Assembly (NCBI GenBank): GCA_048772705.1
Contig: JBLWGC010000230.1
Span: 186,001-250,000 of the forward strand
DNA length: 64,000 nt
Origin: Leidyana gryllorum EB-2025a
Taxonomy: Eukaryota > Protista > Apicomplexa
Direction of reading: 5' to 3'
Under the pieces are notes generated by a model. It had not been told where the DNA came from. It saw only the letters and a list, made by a program, of their open reading frames with translations, and searched no databases. This document shows positions 35,241 to 46,569 of the stretch, piece by piece. Each line of letters starts with the position of its first letter. Position 1 is the first letter of the stretch. The position numbers and the translations under genes are program-made.

Positions 35241-36950
35241 ATGCATACTATGTTCGTTGCACTTGCAGTCCTCTGCAGTCTGTTATACACTGAAGCAGCG
35301 CGTTCAAACACAGCCTTTGAACCAAAAGCGCCCTTTGAAGGTTCATCGAGTTTCCTGCCTGTTGATGCTACTCTATATAACTCCATAGTGGGGTCCCCCG
35401 ATCCCACTGACAATGCTCACATAGTGCCTGGAGACTCTGCTAGTTCCTCCTCAGCTGTTCCGCTCCCTCCATGGAAACCGGGAGAGGGTTCAGTACCCTT
35501 CGTAGAAGGCGAAGCCGAAGAAACCACAGAGTCCGAACCAATGACAACGGAGGAAGAGGATGAAACAACTCATCGTTCTCATCACAGAACTCATCGCAAA
35601 ACCACTCCTCCACCCGCAACATCACGTCCTCACACCACGACAAAGTCCCCTGCCCCCCCCAAACCATCGCAATCATCATTCCCGACTCCCTCCCCCGCAC
35701 ACATCACCCTCACAGAGCGCTCCACAACCCCCACGGGCACCGAACGTGGACACGTGAGAGGGAAGTCTCGTACACCTCCCAAGCCCCACACAACACGAAC
35801 CCCTCGACCCCTCCATCCCCATCACCAAGAGTCTACAGATCTACAAGAAACGGAAAGTGTCGACTCTTCCTCCGTTATCGACGAAACATCCGCCCCTCAT
35901 TCGACAGTATCTGAAGAAGAGACGACAGTATCAGGAGAAGAGACGACAGCCTCTGAAGAGAGCACTACTGTCGGTCAAGATGCGTCTGCGCCGGTGAATA
36001 CAGAAGGTCAAATCCCAGTGCCGGAGAGCTCTGCAGTCGAGAGTACTGAAAGCGAGGGAGCTGATGGGAGACCCCAAGGCGCAGGACCGGAGAGTACTCA
36101 GCAAGGGATAGACACCACCGAGGCAGCAGCTGCCGAGAGCACTGAGCCGGTAGCCGTGGAGACCACCGAGGCAGCAGCTGCCGAGAGCACTGAGCCGGTA
36201 GCCGTGGAAACTGTCGAGACCACAGAAAGTTCTCCAGATGCAGTGAATGAGAGTACTGAAAACGACATAAGCGTTCCCAGCCAGCCCCAGAATCCTAAAA
36301 AGCCCGGCCTCAGCACTCCGAGACCTCTCCATCCGGGAGTGGGAACAACAGCAGTTGAGGAGACGCGGCCAGAGACTGCAATTGAAACATCTGAGGGCGA
36401 TGGAGAGTCTGAAAGCACCGAAGCTTTCGTTAAGAGTGAGGAGAGTGAAACAACTGCTGAGGAGGATTTAGTGGAAACCAGCAGTAAGCCAGGCTCACAG
36501 CACCATCCGCCCCCGCCACCCACTGACGTCTTTACTCGGCCGCCTGGAGATGGCACAACAAAGTCGTCAGAGAATGGGAGAAGTACTACAGATCAAGAAG
36601 TTTCCGAGGAGGAGACCGAAGAGGTCCCTTCTTCAATGCAGAAAGAACAGAATGAGAGCAGTGAAGAAGAGTCGACGGACTCAGTAGACTCCGAGTCGGC
36701 TGGTCGACCAGAGGAGAGCTCAGACGGGGCCGTTGGTGAGACTGATCCCTTCGGTCCCGAGGATGCGGCCGAGGATATGGTCGATGGCGACTCGAATACG
36801 GAAGAAGCAGGGGAGAACAGGAAGGTAGCCATACCCGGATTGCAGTTCCGTGGATATGTGGAACCTATTCGACACTCTGATAACTCGACGGGGTTGAGTG
36901 GGCAAGTGCGTTTCAGATCACACCCGTTCCCAGTGCCTATGCCCGAATGA
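35241..36950 (+). CDS. Secreted mucin-like T/S/E/P-rich protein, 569 aa
   Basis: Signal MFVALAVLCSLLYTEA followed by low-complexity T/S/E/P composition; single exon. Confidence 0.85.
   Translation: MHTMFVALAVLCSLLYTEAARSNTAFEPKAPFEGSSSFLPVDATLYNSIVGSPDPTDNAHIVPGDSASSSSAVPLPPWKPGEGSVPFVEGEAEETTESEPMTTEEEDETTHRSHHRTHRKTTPPPATSRPHTTTKSPAPPKPSQSSFPTPSPAHITLTERSTTPTGTERGHVRGKSRTPPKPHTTRTPRPLHPHHQESTDLQETESVDSSSVIDETSAPHSTVSEEETTVSGEETTASEESTTVGQDASAPVNTEGQIPVPESSAVESTESEGADGRPQGAGPESTQQGIDTTEAAAAESTEPVAVETTEAAAAESTEPVAVETVETTESSPDAVNESTENDISVPSQPQNPKKPGLSTPRPLHPGVGTTAVEETRPETAIETSEGDGESESTEAFVKSEESETTAEEDLVETSSKPGSQHHPPPPPTDVFTRPPGDGTTKSSENGRSTTDQEVSEEETEEVPSSMQKEQNESSEEESTDSVDSESAGRPEESSDGAVGETDPFGPEDAAEDMVDGDSNTEEAGENRKVAIPGLQFRGYVEPIRHSDNSTGLSGQVRFRSHPFPVPMPE
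36114..36209 (+). repeat. 48-bp tandem duplication encoding TTEAAAAESTEPVAVE x2
   Basis: Near-identical direct repeat read directly from the sequence. Confidence 0.9.
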
Positions 36951-36997
36951 AGATGACTGACTCATCTTATATTTTGTTGTGGATTATATTGTCTATG

Positions 36998-39842
36998 TTA
37001 AGTATCACAAGGGGAGCGAGGTAAGGATAGGTGAGGAGTACTCCTTGACGGCTCTCGATCGTTTTTCCTTCGAGGAAGTGAAAATGTGGGCATGAACTGT
37101 GACATTCTAAGGCAGGTCCAGTGGACCCAGCTACTCCCCTGTGGGATGCTGGGGGAGTTGACTACCATCAGACTTGATGATAAGGGAGACTGAGTGACGA
37201 TGCTTCGAGACACCGCTGCGGGAGCCACTGGCTCAGGTTGTTGTTGCAAGGACTGTTGGTGGGCAGCTTTGGGTAGCAATTGAGCGAAAGAGAGAAGTTC
37301 GCTTTTCGTGGACTCTGGCATGCGCCGACACGCCGAGTGAGTTTCCTCTTTCAGTAGAGCGACAAACCGAGGAAAAGAGTCCCCCAAGCACTCCATCAGG
37401 GGCAGTAGAGTGGGCATCAATGCTGGCGGGACACGGCCTCCTCGCCTCACAGTCCGCGCGGCCGTGTAAGCCCTACCCAGAGCTTTGCGCAACTTTTCAT
37501 TGCCCCCAATGAGAGACTCCACGCGTGCGCTCAGCCCATCAATAGGACGTTCCGGCACCGCTGGACTACTCCGACGAGCCGTTCCCCGAGCTTCCCAACC
37601 CGTTGGGAACGTAGATACTAAGGCAACAGTGTCTGATGTTGGGCGAAGTAAAATGAACGCAGGCAGTGTTGGAGGCAATCGAACTCACTCCGTAGTACCC
37701 AATGTTGATCGACGCGGGTCGCGCGGAAGCTGTCGCCGCATAGAGGGCAGCATTCAGAGGGAGGAAGCTGGGAAAGGAGAAGAAGATATTATGGGTCTCG
37801 GGCTTCAGAAAGGCCCACCTGAGAGAGTGGTAAAAAGTAGTCAGCTTCCGTGGGTTCCACGGCTGCTGATTGATAGTTCATTCCGTTTCGGGACCTGAGA
37901 GCTTCCAGCGCCTTAGTCACGCTCTGGTGGTTGCTGCCCTCCAACTTGATCCCTATCCCGGATTCGAGCGATTCAACGAAACGCTCTATTTCTTCTTTGG
38001 ATTTTGCTTCACGGAGACTTAATGCACCCGTCTGCAGATCGGCGATAATTTTGATGAAGCGAGCGGCTTACCTGCAGGGCGACCACACCAAACGGGCGCA
38101 TCGAGACACAGGATATAACCTCGGAGACGGGGACACGGGCGAGAAGAGTTGGCAGAAAGGGTCCCGCACGTAATATATGCGCCTGCAAATGGCGGCGCTG
38201 TTCACCGACAGAGTTGAGATATATGCCACACAAGCCACAGGCTTTGGCTGCCCCTCGTCTGGCGAATTGAGCCAAAGCATCAGCAGCAGCAGGTCTGGAA
38301 GAAGGTGGGCGGGATAGTCTCGAAGCCAGGTTTGAAAACTCACGTAGTGCTCAAGTCAAATCGAGGAGCTTTGCTGACCCCATGCAGAGATGAACTGAAT
38401 TGATTCTCCGTCATTACTGTTCGGGAAACGTGTGTGCGGGTGGCAAAGTGGACATCAGAGTGGCTTACGAGCTCGGATGCGGTCGCGGAACCGGACCAAT
38501 GACTCAATGTCCTCTATCCTGAGGCTCCTCCTTATATGAAGACTCTGCCAGATGGTGTCGGTACTGCCTGAATGCAAAGTACGCTGCTTAGGAGGGATCA
38601 AACTCGATGAGTCTGTTGTTGAGTGAGCCACCGGTGGAGGCATTCGGGTACCGGGGGCACTCCAAGCGGGTTGAGGGGGAGTGTCCTGCATCGGTGACAC
38701 ATTGGGAGCTGAGGAAGTGGGAGCGGCGAGGGGAGGCAGAGTAGTATTAGTGTCGATTTTAGGAGCGCTGGGCACTTCGACCTTCCGTTTCTTGGTATTT
38801 GGCCCGACCGAGTGTCCCAAGACACTATCGCCCACGAGATTAACGAGTTTTGCGAGATCCGCCACCCTACGAGGATCCAGGGACCGTAGATCAGATTCTT
38901 CAAACCATTGAGCTTCGCGAACGAAATGGGTTATCTGCAGCGTCGGGGTAGCGTTTACGGCGGGAGACGGTTGGTCAAATCGTACCTCTGGGTTGATATC
39001 TGCCATCCGGGTGGTGGCCTTGAGATCCGCCATGAGAGTCTGTATGACCTGAGCCATAGAGTACCGGGCCCCGCCGTTGATCAACATATTGGCGCGGTCG
39101 GCCGCGGCAATTTCAGCGGGGGTTTGAGGAGTTGGGCGTACAACGACGTTGTTGGTGGTGTCGAAAGAGTCCTGAAAATATCGTACTCTACGGGGTGGAA
39201 GACGAGCTGTGGGATCGGCAGCGGCAGGCGGAGATAAGGGGTTGACACCAACAAAGGGGTCTTCCCGCGATAGGACAGTTGCATCTTCGCTGTTCGACGC
39301 AATTATTTCCTGAGTTCTTTCCAACAGAGAGGTATCAAGGATTTCGCGGAACTGTGGATCTTGTTGGGCAAACGTTCCAAGCGTATATAAACAATCCCTC
39401 ATGGGAAGAATGTACTGCGGCTTTAAACGACGCGGTGCCGAAGTGAATGCCAAAATAAGCCCTCTCAAGCAGTCGTTGGGCAATGCTGTGTCCCTCTCGA
39501 GGATATCCTTCACCGAGCTATTGGCCAAATGGCGAGAAACTGCCTTGAGTGTTCGAGTTTGTTTCAAACTCATCTGTTCCAGGGGTCAATGGGGTGCACA
39601 AGCGACTCACATACCTGAGCCTGCGCACTGTTCAGCAAAGCACGCATCCTCTGGATCTGCAAGAAAAATGTAGATGATGTGATGGTCCCACACGTCTCAC
39701 ACTTCCACACATGTGGTCACACCCTTACTTGGTCGACTACCCCCGGCCGGATTGACGTTTGGACGTTAGAAGGGGTTGGTGTGGGCCTGTCCTCATCTCC
39801 GGAGTCGGCAACGGAGGACAGCTCCGACTCCGAAGCGGTCAT
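36998..39842 (-). CDS. Putative PCF11-like cleavage/termination factor, multi-exon
   Basis: Helical N-terminal region compatible with a CID domain, C2H2-like CGLCG...RRHLQAH, and C-terminal VHWTC like the second Zn site of Pcf11. Divergent. Confidence 0.45.
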
Positions 39843-39861
39843 AGTGGGTATAAAAATTTAG

Positions 39862-41511
39862 ATGGTGATCGCACTGGGCATAGAAGGCAGCGCCAACAAG
39901 ATTGGCGTTGGAATAGTCACGGACGATGGCACTATTCTCAGCAATCCAAGAGAAACATATATCACCCCCCCAGGCGAGGGATTTCAGCCACGCTTAACGG
40001 CCATCCATCACCGAAACCGAGTTTTGGACATTCTACAAAAGGCTCTTGATGAAGCTGGGTTAACCATCGACCAGGTAGACATTTTCTGTTACACAAAAGG
40101 GCCCGGAATGGGCGCTCCGCTCGGAGTTGGAGCAGTGGTAGCTCGCACCTTGGCTCGCCTTCATAAGAAGCCAATAGGTGAGAAAATGACTAATTACAGA
40201 CAGACCTTCTCAGTGGGGGTGAATCACTGTGTGGCCCATATTGAAATGGGAAGACTGGCGACCAAGTGTCAAAATCCTACCGTTCTCTATGTTTCGGGGG
40301 GTAACACACAGGTGATCAGTTATTCTAACCACAGGTATCACGTTTTTGGCGAAACGTTGGATGTGGCTGTTGGAAATTGCATCGATCGAGTCGCAAGAAT
40401 GCTCAAATTGCCAAATGCTCCCGCACCAGGATGGCAGATAGAGCAAATGGCCAAGAAGGGTAAAGAGGTGAGCCGCATCTTAAGTGCCTTGCGCGGATGA
40501 CATAACTTGTGCAATAAAATGTACTCATATGCATCTGTACACATGCTGCCGCACCGCCGGGGATCGATTTCGTGGTAAAGTGATGTACCATCCAGCTCGG
40601 TTACCACGGGAACACACTATCCGCGTGTGCGTCAAATGCACAACCAGGTGCTTCCTGGCTGCCCATGGCCCGTGGTTATGAGTTTTCGTATACCGGGGTG
40701 GCAGCGGTAAGGCCAAAACCGATGCAGGGTGAACACCTCATCCTCTGAACACCCCCTCCCCACTCATGGCATCGTCAGTGTGCGGGGGTCGTCGGATATT
40801 TCATGATCGATCACGCATTATTAGCCAGTTGCGATCAATCATCCATCGATCACCACACGTGTGCGTGCCATGCGACGTTTGGACGTGTTACATTTCACGC
40901 TTGCCATCAGTCGTGCTGCACCGTCCGTCAATCACCATTTCGACGCAGATTTACGAAGTGCCTTACCTTACGAAAGGGATGGACGTATCATTCAGCGGGA
41001 TGATCAGCAGCATGGAATTGCTCGGAAAAAAGTATTATACTCCTGCTGTAAAAGCATTAGCAGATGCTGAGGCTGCCCAAGCACCTGAAGACGTAGTTGC
41101 CCGCTTGAAGGCTGAGCTCGAGCAAGTGAAAGCCAACATCTGCTCAACCTTGCAGGAAGTCAGCTTCGCGATGTTGATCGAAATAACAGAGCGGGCCATG
41201 GCGTATACGGGGTCGCGCGAGGTTCTTCTAGTCGGAGGGGTCGCTTGTAATGAGCGGCTGCAGGAAATGATGGTATCGATGGTCGCCGACCGGGGGGGCT
41301 CAGTAGGGGCGATGGACGACAGATATTGCATTGACAACGGTGCAATGATAGCATACACCGGTAGGCTTATTATAGAGGGGAGGCTTTGTATGTCTACATG
41401 TACGCAGGATTGCTGGAATATCAAGCCAAGGGGCCCACACCGTTTGAGCAAACGACGTTCACTCAGCGTTTCCGTACGGACGAGGTGGAGGTGACTTGGA
41501 GAGATGATTAG
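39862..41511 (+). CDS. OSGEP: tRNA t6A synthase Kae1/OSGEP; introns 40178-40213, 40468-40948 and ~41361-41407
   Basis: [63 protein letters not shown] and [12 protein letters not shown]. Confidence 0.96.
40545..40705 (+). ncRNA. Candidate intronic structured RNA in the long KAE1 intron
   Basis: Outer stem gctgcc..ccgg / ccgg..ggcagc encloses hairpins cgtggtaa/ttaccacg, gtgcg/tgcac, ccagg/cctgg and ccatg/cgtgg. Confidence 0.4.
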
Positions 41512-41798
41512 TGATACTGTGAGAACGAGCCGCCCCGGATATCCTGATGCGGAGAAAGACAGTTGTCACGGGTCGTAGAAAGCGACCCGAGGCGTAGAAA
41601 GCTTATGTATCGCAATCTATCGCTCTGCACCTCAAGAAAGAAGTGGTGGGAGAGAGAGAGGGGGATAGAAAGAAACTAGAATGAAAAGATGAATCCCAGG
41701 CAGGAAAGAGTGAGAAAGACATAGGTGGTAATACAAAGAGAAAGAATGAAAGAATGAAAGTAATATTAGATGTCGCCAAATGACTGAACCCAGTTACA

Positions 41799-42341
41799 TT
41801 AGGAACCAAGCGGCTCGGCCTCTTCGTCAGAGGAAGAAGCCGAGGATCGCTCCTCCTGGCGGTGTATGATCTCAGACACGCCGGGGTGCAGAGTTGCTTT
41901 GCCTTTAGCCAAACCTGTCACAAATTAAGAAAGGGTCCTTTGAATCGCCGCCTGCCCACCTAAAGCGTTGTAGTGAACACGAAGACGGAAGTGCCGCACT
42001 GGCTCCCCACTCGTTTTACACTTAACCAGCAACTTGGCGGTCGCGACACCATGGCCGGAAGTCGTAGCAGTTAAGAGTACATCCACATTGTATTCATTAG
42101 GAGTAGAGCGGAGCCGAAGGCTGACAGACGCTGAAGGAGACTCATCGCATGGAACGAGCGGCTCCTCAACCAGATCGTATAGTTGAGGATCCACTAACAG
42201 CACAATAGTCTTCCGAAAAGTTGATGTCAAACGGATGAAGCCAAAGTTGATATCCACGGTCTTCACTCGAGCAACATCAAAAACCGGAGGCCGTTCAGGA
42301 GACAAAGATGCCTGACGGCCTACAAAATGCACTGCTCTCAT
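41799..42341 (-). CDS. DUF4517 / C20orf27 (ADISSP)-like protein; one intron at ~41914-41958
   Basis: N-terminal RAVHF, INFGFIRL, and spliced RVHYNALG|LAKGKATLHPGVSEI followed by an acidic/Ser tail, as recalled for C20orf27. Confidence 0.6.
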
Positions 42342-42363
42342 TACCGCCACTTCACCTCGCATT

Positions 42364-42904
42364 TCAGCCCGCAACTTCGGTTAGCGAAAGTATACACTCG
42401 CAGTCGCTGAAGCCGAGCCCCAGGTGGCCGATAATTTATGTGCACAATCTCACCTTCCGTTTCGGACCCCGAACACTTCACACGGTAACAGTTGGAACGA
42501 GGACTCTGTGGTGATCATGACTGCCACACCACCCCTTTTACCTGTGCAAACACGTGACACGTAATTCTCCCCAATAGCCACACTCAGGCCTTTTGACGCC
42601 GCCACCGGACCTTTCAGTACTTGTCCAATCACGTGACCATCCCCAGTTGTCAGCGGACCAAACATTCCACCGGGACTGATCTGTACCAACAACGAACGGC
42701 TCTTTGCCGTCTTTAACACCGGACCTGTGTGTGTTCAAAGCCCATGTGTGTGGGTGATATCGCACTCCACCACCCACCTAGCTTGACCCCATCCTGCGAA
42801 GTAGCCACAAAATCGGTCGCCTTATCGTTACCTAGAAAGCCTATCACACCCTCTGGCACATCGTACACGGCTGCCTGCTGAAATAGCTGTCCCAGGTCTC
42901 CCAT
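42364..42904 (-). CDS. Small hypothetical protein (~145 aa); exon structure uncertain
   Basis: ATG preceded by a T-run; canonical short introns join ORFs 42713-42937 and 42450-42719. Confidence 0.45.
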
Positions 42905-43023
42905 CTCTGGCGCTTTGAGCAAAAATACGGCCGTCAAGGACCTTATTCACGCTGCTGTAATGAGGCATTACTCGGTTTATACGCAAGTGCACTCCTCGGG
43001 AACGATTTCATTCAATCAATCAG

Positions 43024-43060
43024 TCGCGCGCGCACGCACGCGCACACATACACACACACG
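43024..43060. repeat. (CG)n/(CA)n microsatellite
   Basis: cgcgcgcgcacgcacgcgcacacatacacacacacg. Confidence 0.8.
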
Positions 43061-43102
43061 ATCGGACCTCTGAACACACTCGCTCTATTGTTTATTCTCC
43101 AA

Positions 43103-43867
43103 TCACCACAAGAATGGATCGTTGATTCCCACCCGGCTCATGTAGTCAATTCCTGGGGTGATATGGCGAGCTGTTCGGATGACAAAATAGCTGCTCAGCG
43201 TGGGGGGCATACGGCACTCCTCCTGAAGCGTGAGGTTCCAAGTGTAGCCGATCCAACTCTGAGGACTGCTTCCAACAGCGTCGTTCATGACATAGTATTG
43301 ATTGGTACCCTCGAACTTGTTGATCTTCCACTGTGTCAAGGATGTGCTCGAACCTCTTTTACATTCGCTCGGGGGCCCGGTGGTGAGGGTTGTGTGACGT
43401 TGGAACCAAATTTGGTGCTCGAGGCACACCGGATCGACGTCTTCTGTTTGATTCCACCCCAGGCCTCTGTTTAGTATGGTGCTGTCAGCAGAATCCATAT
43501 ATGCCCAGAGGCCGGTAAGATTGGCGGGGTTGGTCTCTGGGCCGGGGAGAGTGTAGTTTAGGCAATCCTTGGATCGCGACAAGAGAGACGCCAAGCCTGG
43601 GATTTCGAGACCAGTCAGGGGGGTCCATTCGCGGCGGATGACGGTGACTGTACAGTTACGTCCGAGAGCCACGAGGCACTCGCGATACTTATTGGCTTCG
43701 ATCCCGGCTTCACAACGATTACAAATCTCGGAACATTCGGCGCTGTTGGACTCTTCACAGTCCCAGTCGACAACACTATGATGGAACCAATCGGTTCTGC
43801 TTAGATATGTTGTACTGCCGGCCGCCGCGATGGCTGCTCCTGCGACGGAAACTGCCAATAATCTCAT
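43103..43867 (-). CDS. Secreted Cys-containing hypothetical protein, 254 aa
   Basis: Signal MRLLAVSVAGAAIAAAG, about 10 Cys and several N-glycosylation sequons. Confidence 0.75.
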   Translation of the reverse strand: MRLLAVSVAGAAIAAAGSTTYLSRTDWFHHSVVDWDCEESNSAECSEICNRCEAGIEANKYRECLVALGRNCTVTVIRREWTPLTGLEIPGLASLLSRSKDCLNYTLPGPETNPANLTGLWAYMDSADSTILNRGLGWNQTEDVDPVCLEHQIWFQRHTTLTTGPPSECKRGSSTSLTQWKINKFEGTNQYYVMNDAVGSSPQSWIGYTWNLTLQEECRMPPTLSSYFVIRTARHITPGIDYMSRVGINDPFLW

Positions 43868-43900
43868 GAAGCAAAAAAAGTTGCACCAATTGCATGCGCC

Positions 43901-46513
43901 ATGATCAATTCGGAATCTAGGTCAGGCAACTGGGTGTGGCAGATCTTGGCAGTCCTCACTCGCCTGTGGCAGTTCATCATCTCGTGCTTGCAAAGGCAGC
44001 CTACTAGCGCAGCTATGCCATCAGATAAGAGACAGGAAAATGTACCAAACTCTCCTGACACAACAGAAGTCACCAGTCAACCCTCCCCTGACCTTTTGTC
44101 AGGCTCAGATCAAGTGATGGACCCATTCGCCCAATCGACAAATCCCACCAATGAAGGCATTCCGTTGCCCACTGGGCTTTTGACTGCATTGAGTCCGGCA
44201 GCGTGTGACTCGGGTCGAATTAATTTATCCTGTCACGATCTCAAAGACCGAAGCCTTAAGCAGATTCTTGAGACTTTCAAACTCTTCCAAGAACGTCATC
44301 CGCATTGGAAGGGTGATAGACTCCTGTCGGAAGTGATCACTGAGAAACTGCGTGTGACAACGCCGGTTCTCGCTGCCCGTCCCCAGTCATCCGAGGAGCA
44401 GCTGGTGGTGACGCCTGCTGACGCCGACGGTGGCTGTCTGCTGACTGACAACTCGCCTCCAGCGGCACCTGGGCTCAGCGATTGCGCGCCGTCTCCGTCG
44501 TTTGCAGATGGGTCCTTCCGTCGCGTGCCTCCGTTGGCCCGCGAGAAGGTGGCAGACGCTCTTTTCAATCTGATTGAGTCCGAGGACATGAGTTTGAGTG
44601 ATGATCTAAGTTTGCTTAACGTGGTTACAGAGGCTTGCGTGGGGTTGGGCAGCGCGAAGCACCTCCGGGGGATATTCCATTTAATAAAGGAGATCAGTGC
44701 AGATCACCTGCAGGCGGTCTCCAAAGGCCAACAATCCAGTATACAGCAGAGTCATCAAGAGCTGCATGATTTCTTCTATGGTGCTGACCAGCCAGCGACA
44801 GCCGAGATTCTCAGCCTCACGAATCAGCCACGTTTCAGCCGTTTGCAGGGGCAGCGTCGGGCATACTTCACGCTCATACGACCTGATGACGCCAAACCTT
44901 TGTGCCGTGAAGGCCTCTTGGAGGGACCCGACAAACTTTTCGTCCCGTCACTCCAATGCTATGGCCTTCTCATCAAAGGGTTCGGGGCCCTACGCGACCT
45001 CTGTGCCGTCCGCTTCTTGTGGAACCATGCGACACTGTACGCGGGCTACGAGCCAGAATCGGTCACATACGGCTGTATGCTGGACGGTCTCATTCAAGCT
45101 GGTAGCGTTCACGAAGGTATTGAACTGTTTAACCAAATGAAGGAAGAGCAACGTATCCAACCCAACACCATTATGTATTCTACCCTTATCAAAGGCTTCG
45201 CCAGATGCAAAGACGTAAGTCGAGTGGTACCTGAGTTTCATCCAAACCGCACCATAGCATGATCGGGCCTTGTCGCTCTATCAAGAAATGGTTGATGCCA
45301 ATATCCCCGTCAACACAGTCACCTTCAACTCATTGGTCAATGCCTGCGCTCGCTCAGGCGCCATGTGCGAAGCTGCAGGTGTACTGGACGCAATGCTCGA
45401 AGCTGGCATCAGTCCCGATCTGGTGACTTTCTCCACAGTGGTCAAGGGTTATTGTGTCAACGGAGAAGTCGAGAGGGCCTTCGGACTGCTTTCTCAACTC
45501 AAAGGAAAGGGAATCCAGCCCGATGGTATCTTATACAACACCCTCCTTGACGGGTGTGTGCGTTGTCGAGTGAGTTTGAGTTTAGATGATTCACCTTCAC
45601 AGAACCGTCTCCTCCCTCTCTCACAGAAATTCGCTCTATGTGAACAAGTTTGGAAGAGTATGATGGCCGATAACGTAGCGCCGAGCAATTTCACATTGAC
45701 AATCTTCATCAAGTTGTTCGGACGCTTGGGTCGACTGAATCGCATCTTTGAACTCGTTGAAGACTTCCCCAAGCAGTATGGATTCAGTGTCAACGGACAT
45801 GTTTACACTTGTCTCATGAGCGCGTGTATCTCAAATCATCGAGTAAGTCGTCTCAAGAGAGATGTTAAAGTTTTTCACTCCCACAACAGTATGATCACGT
45901 GGCGGACATATTCCAGAAAACTCTCGCTGCTCGCGATACCACCGGGTATCCAGACGCAAAGAGCTTCGAGACTGCGTTGAACGGCCTCTATCGTGGCGGT
46001 TTCCTGCATGAAGGTGTCCAGATCTTACGTCTGGCGTTTGGAATGCAAAACTCATTCCTGCCCATAGGTGAGAAAAGAGCGCCTTTGGGGGGCGTCAGAG
46101 ATTCAGAAAGCTCATACGCTCCACCTGCAGACGTCCTGAGTGAGAACGAGAGGAACATTGGACTGCATTTAGATCCCAGTATCCTCCAAGCGTGGATCGA
46201 AGTCCTGGAGAAACATGGAGAAAAGGAATTGTTAGATCCCATATTGCCGCATATGCAAAAGGCGATGGCTCGTTCGCGTCGGGCCAATTCGAGCCTCGGC
46301 AATGGTCCATACAATAACCACAATAACGTTCGGAATCGTCGTTTCAACACTTCCATGTCACCGCACGCACCACCCTTCTCTCCTCGTCGCAATAACAACT
46401 TTGGTCCACATAGGAGAAACAACCAATGGAATAACAACAAAGATAGTGGCGGGTCCTTTGGTCGAGTCGGCAGCCGACCTCGCAGCTCCCAGTCTCAGAT
46501 TTGGCGTCCTTAG
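43901..46513 (+). CDS. P-class pentatricopeptide repeat (PPR) protein, multi-exon
   Basis: Tandem 35-aa motifs: VTYGCMLDGLIQAG, IMYSTLIKGF, VTFNSLVNACARSG, VTFSTVVKGYC, ILYNTLLDGC and HVYTCLMSAC. Confidence 0.92.
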
Positions 46514-46569
46514 TTCACACCACAAGTAGTTCAAGGTTTGCCTCTACATTGTTTGCTTGCCGTTTCATC

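Noticed and set aside
41610-41790. Purine-rich stretch and its 68-aa minus ORF
   Set aside because: Low-complexity 3'UTR/intergenic DNA with a non-ATG start and no protein-like features.
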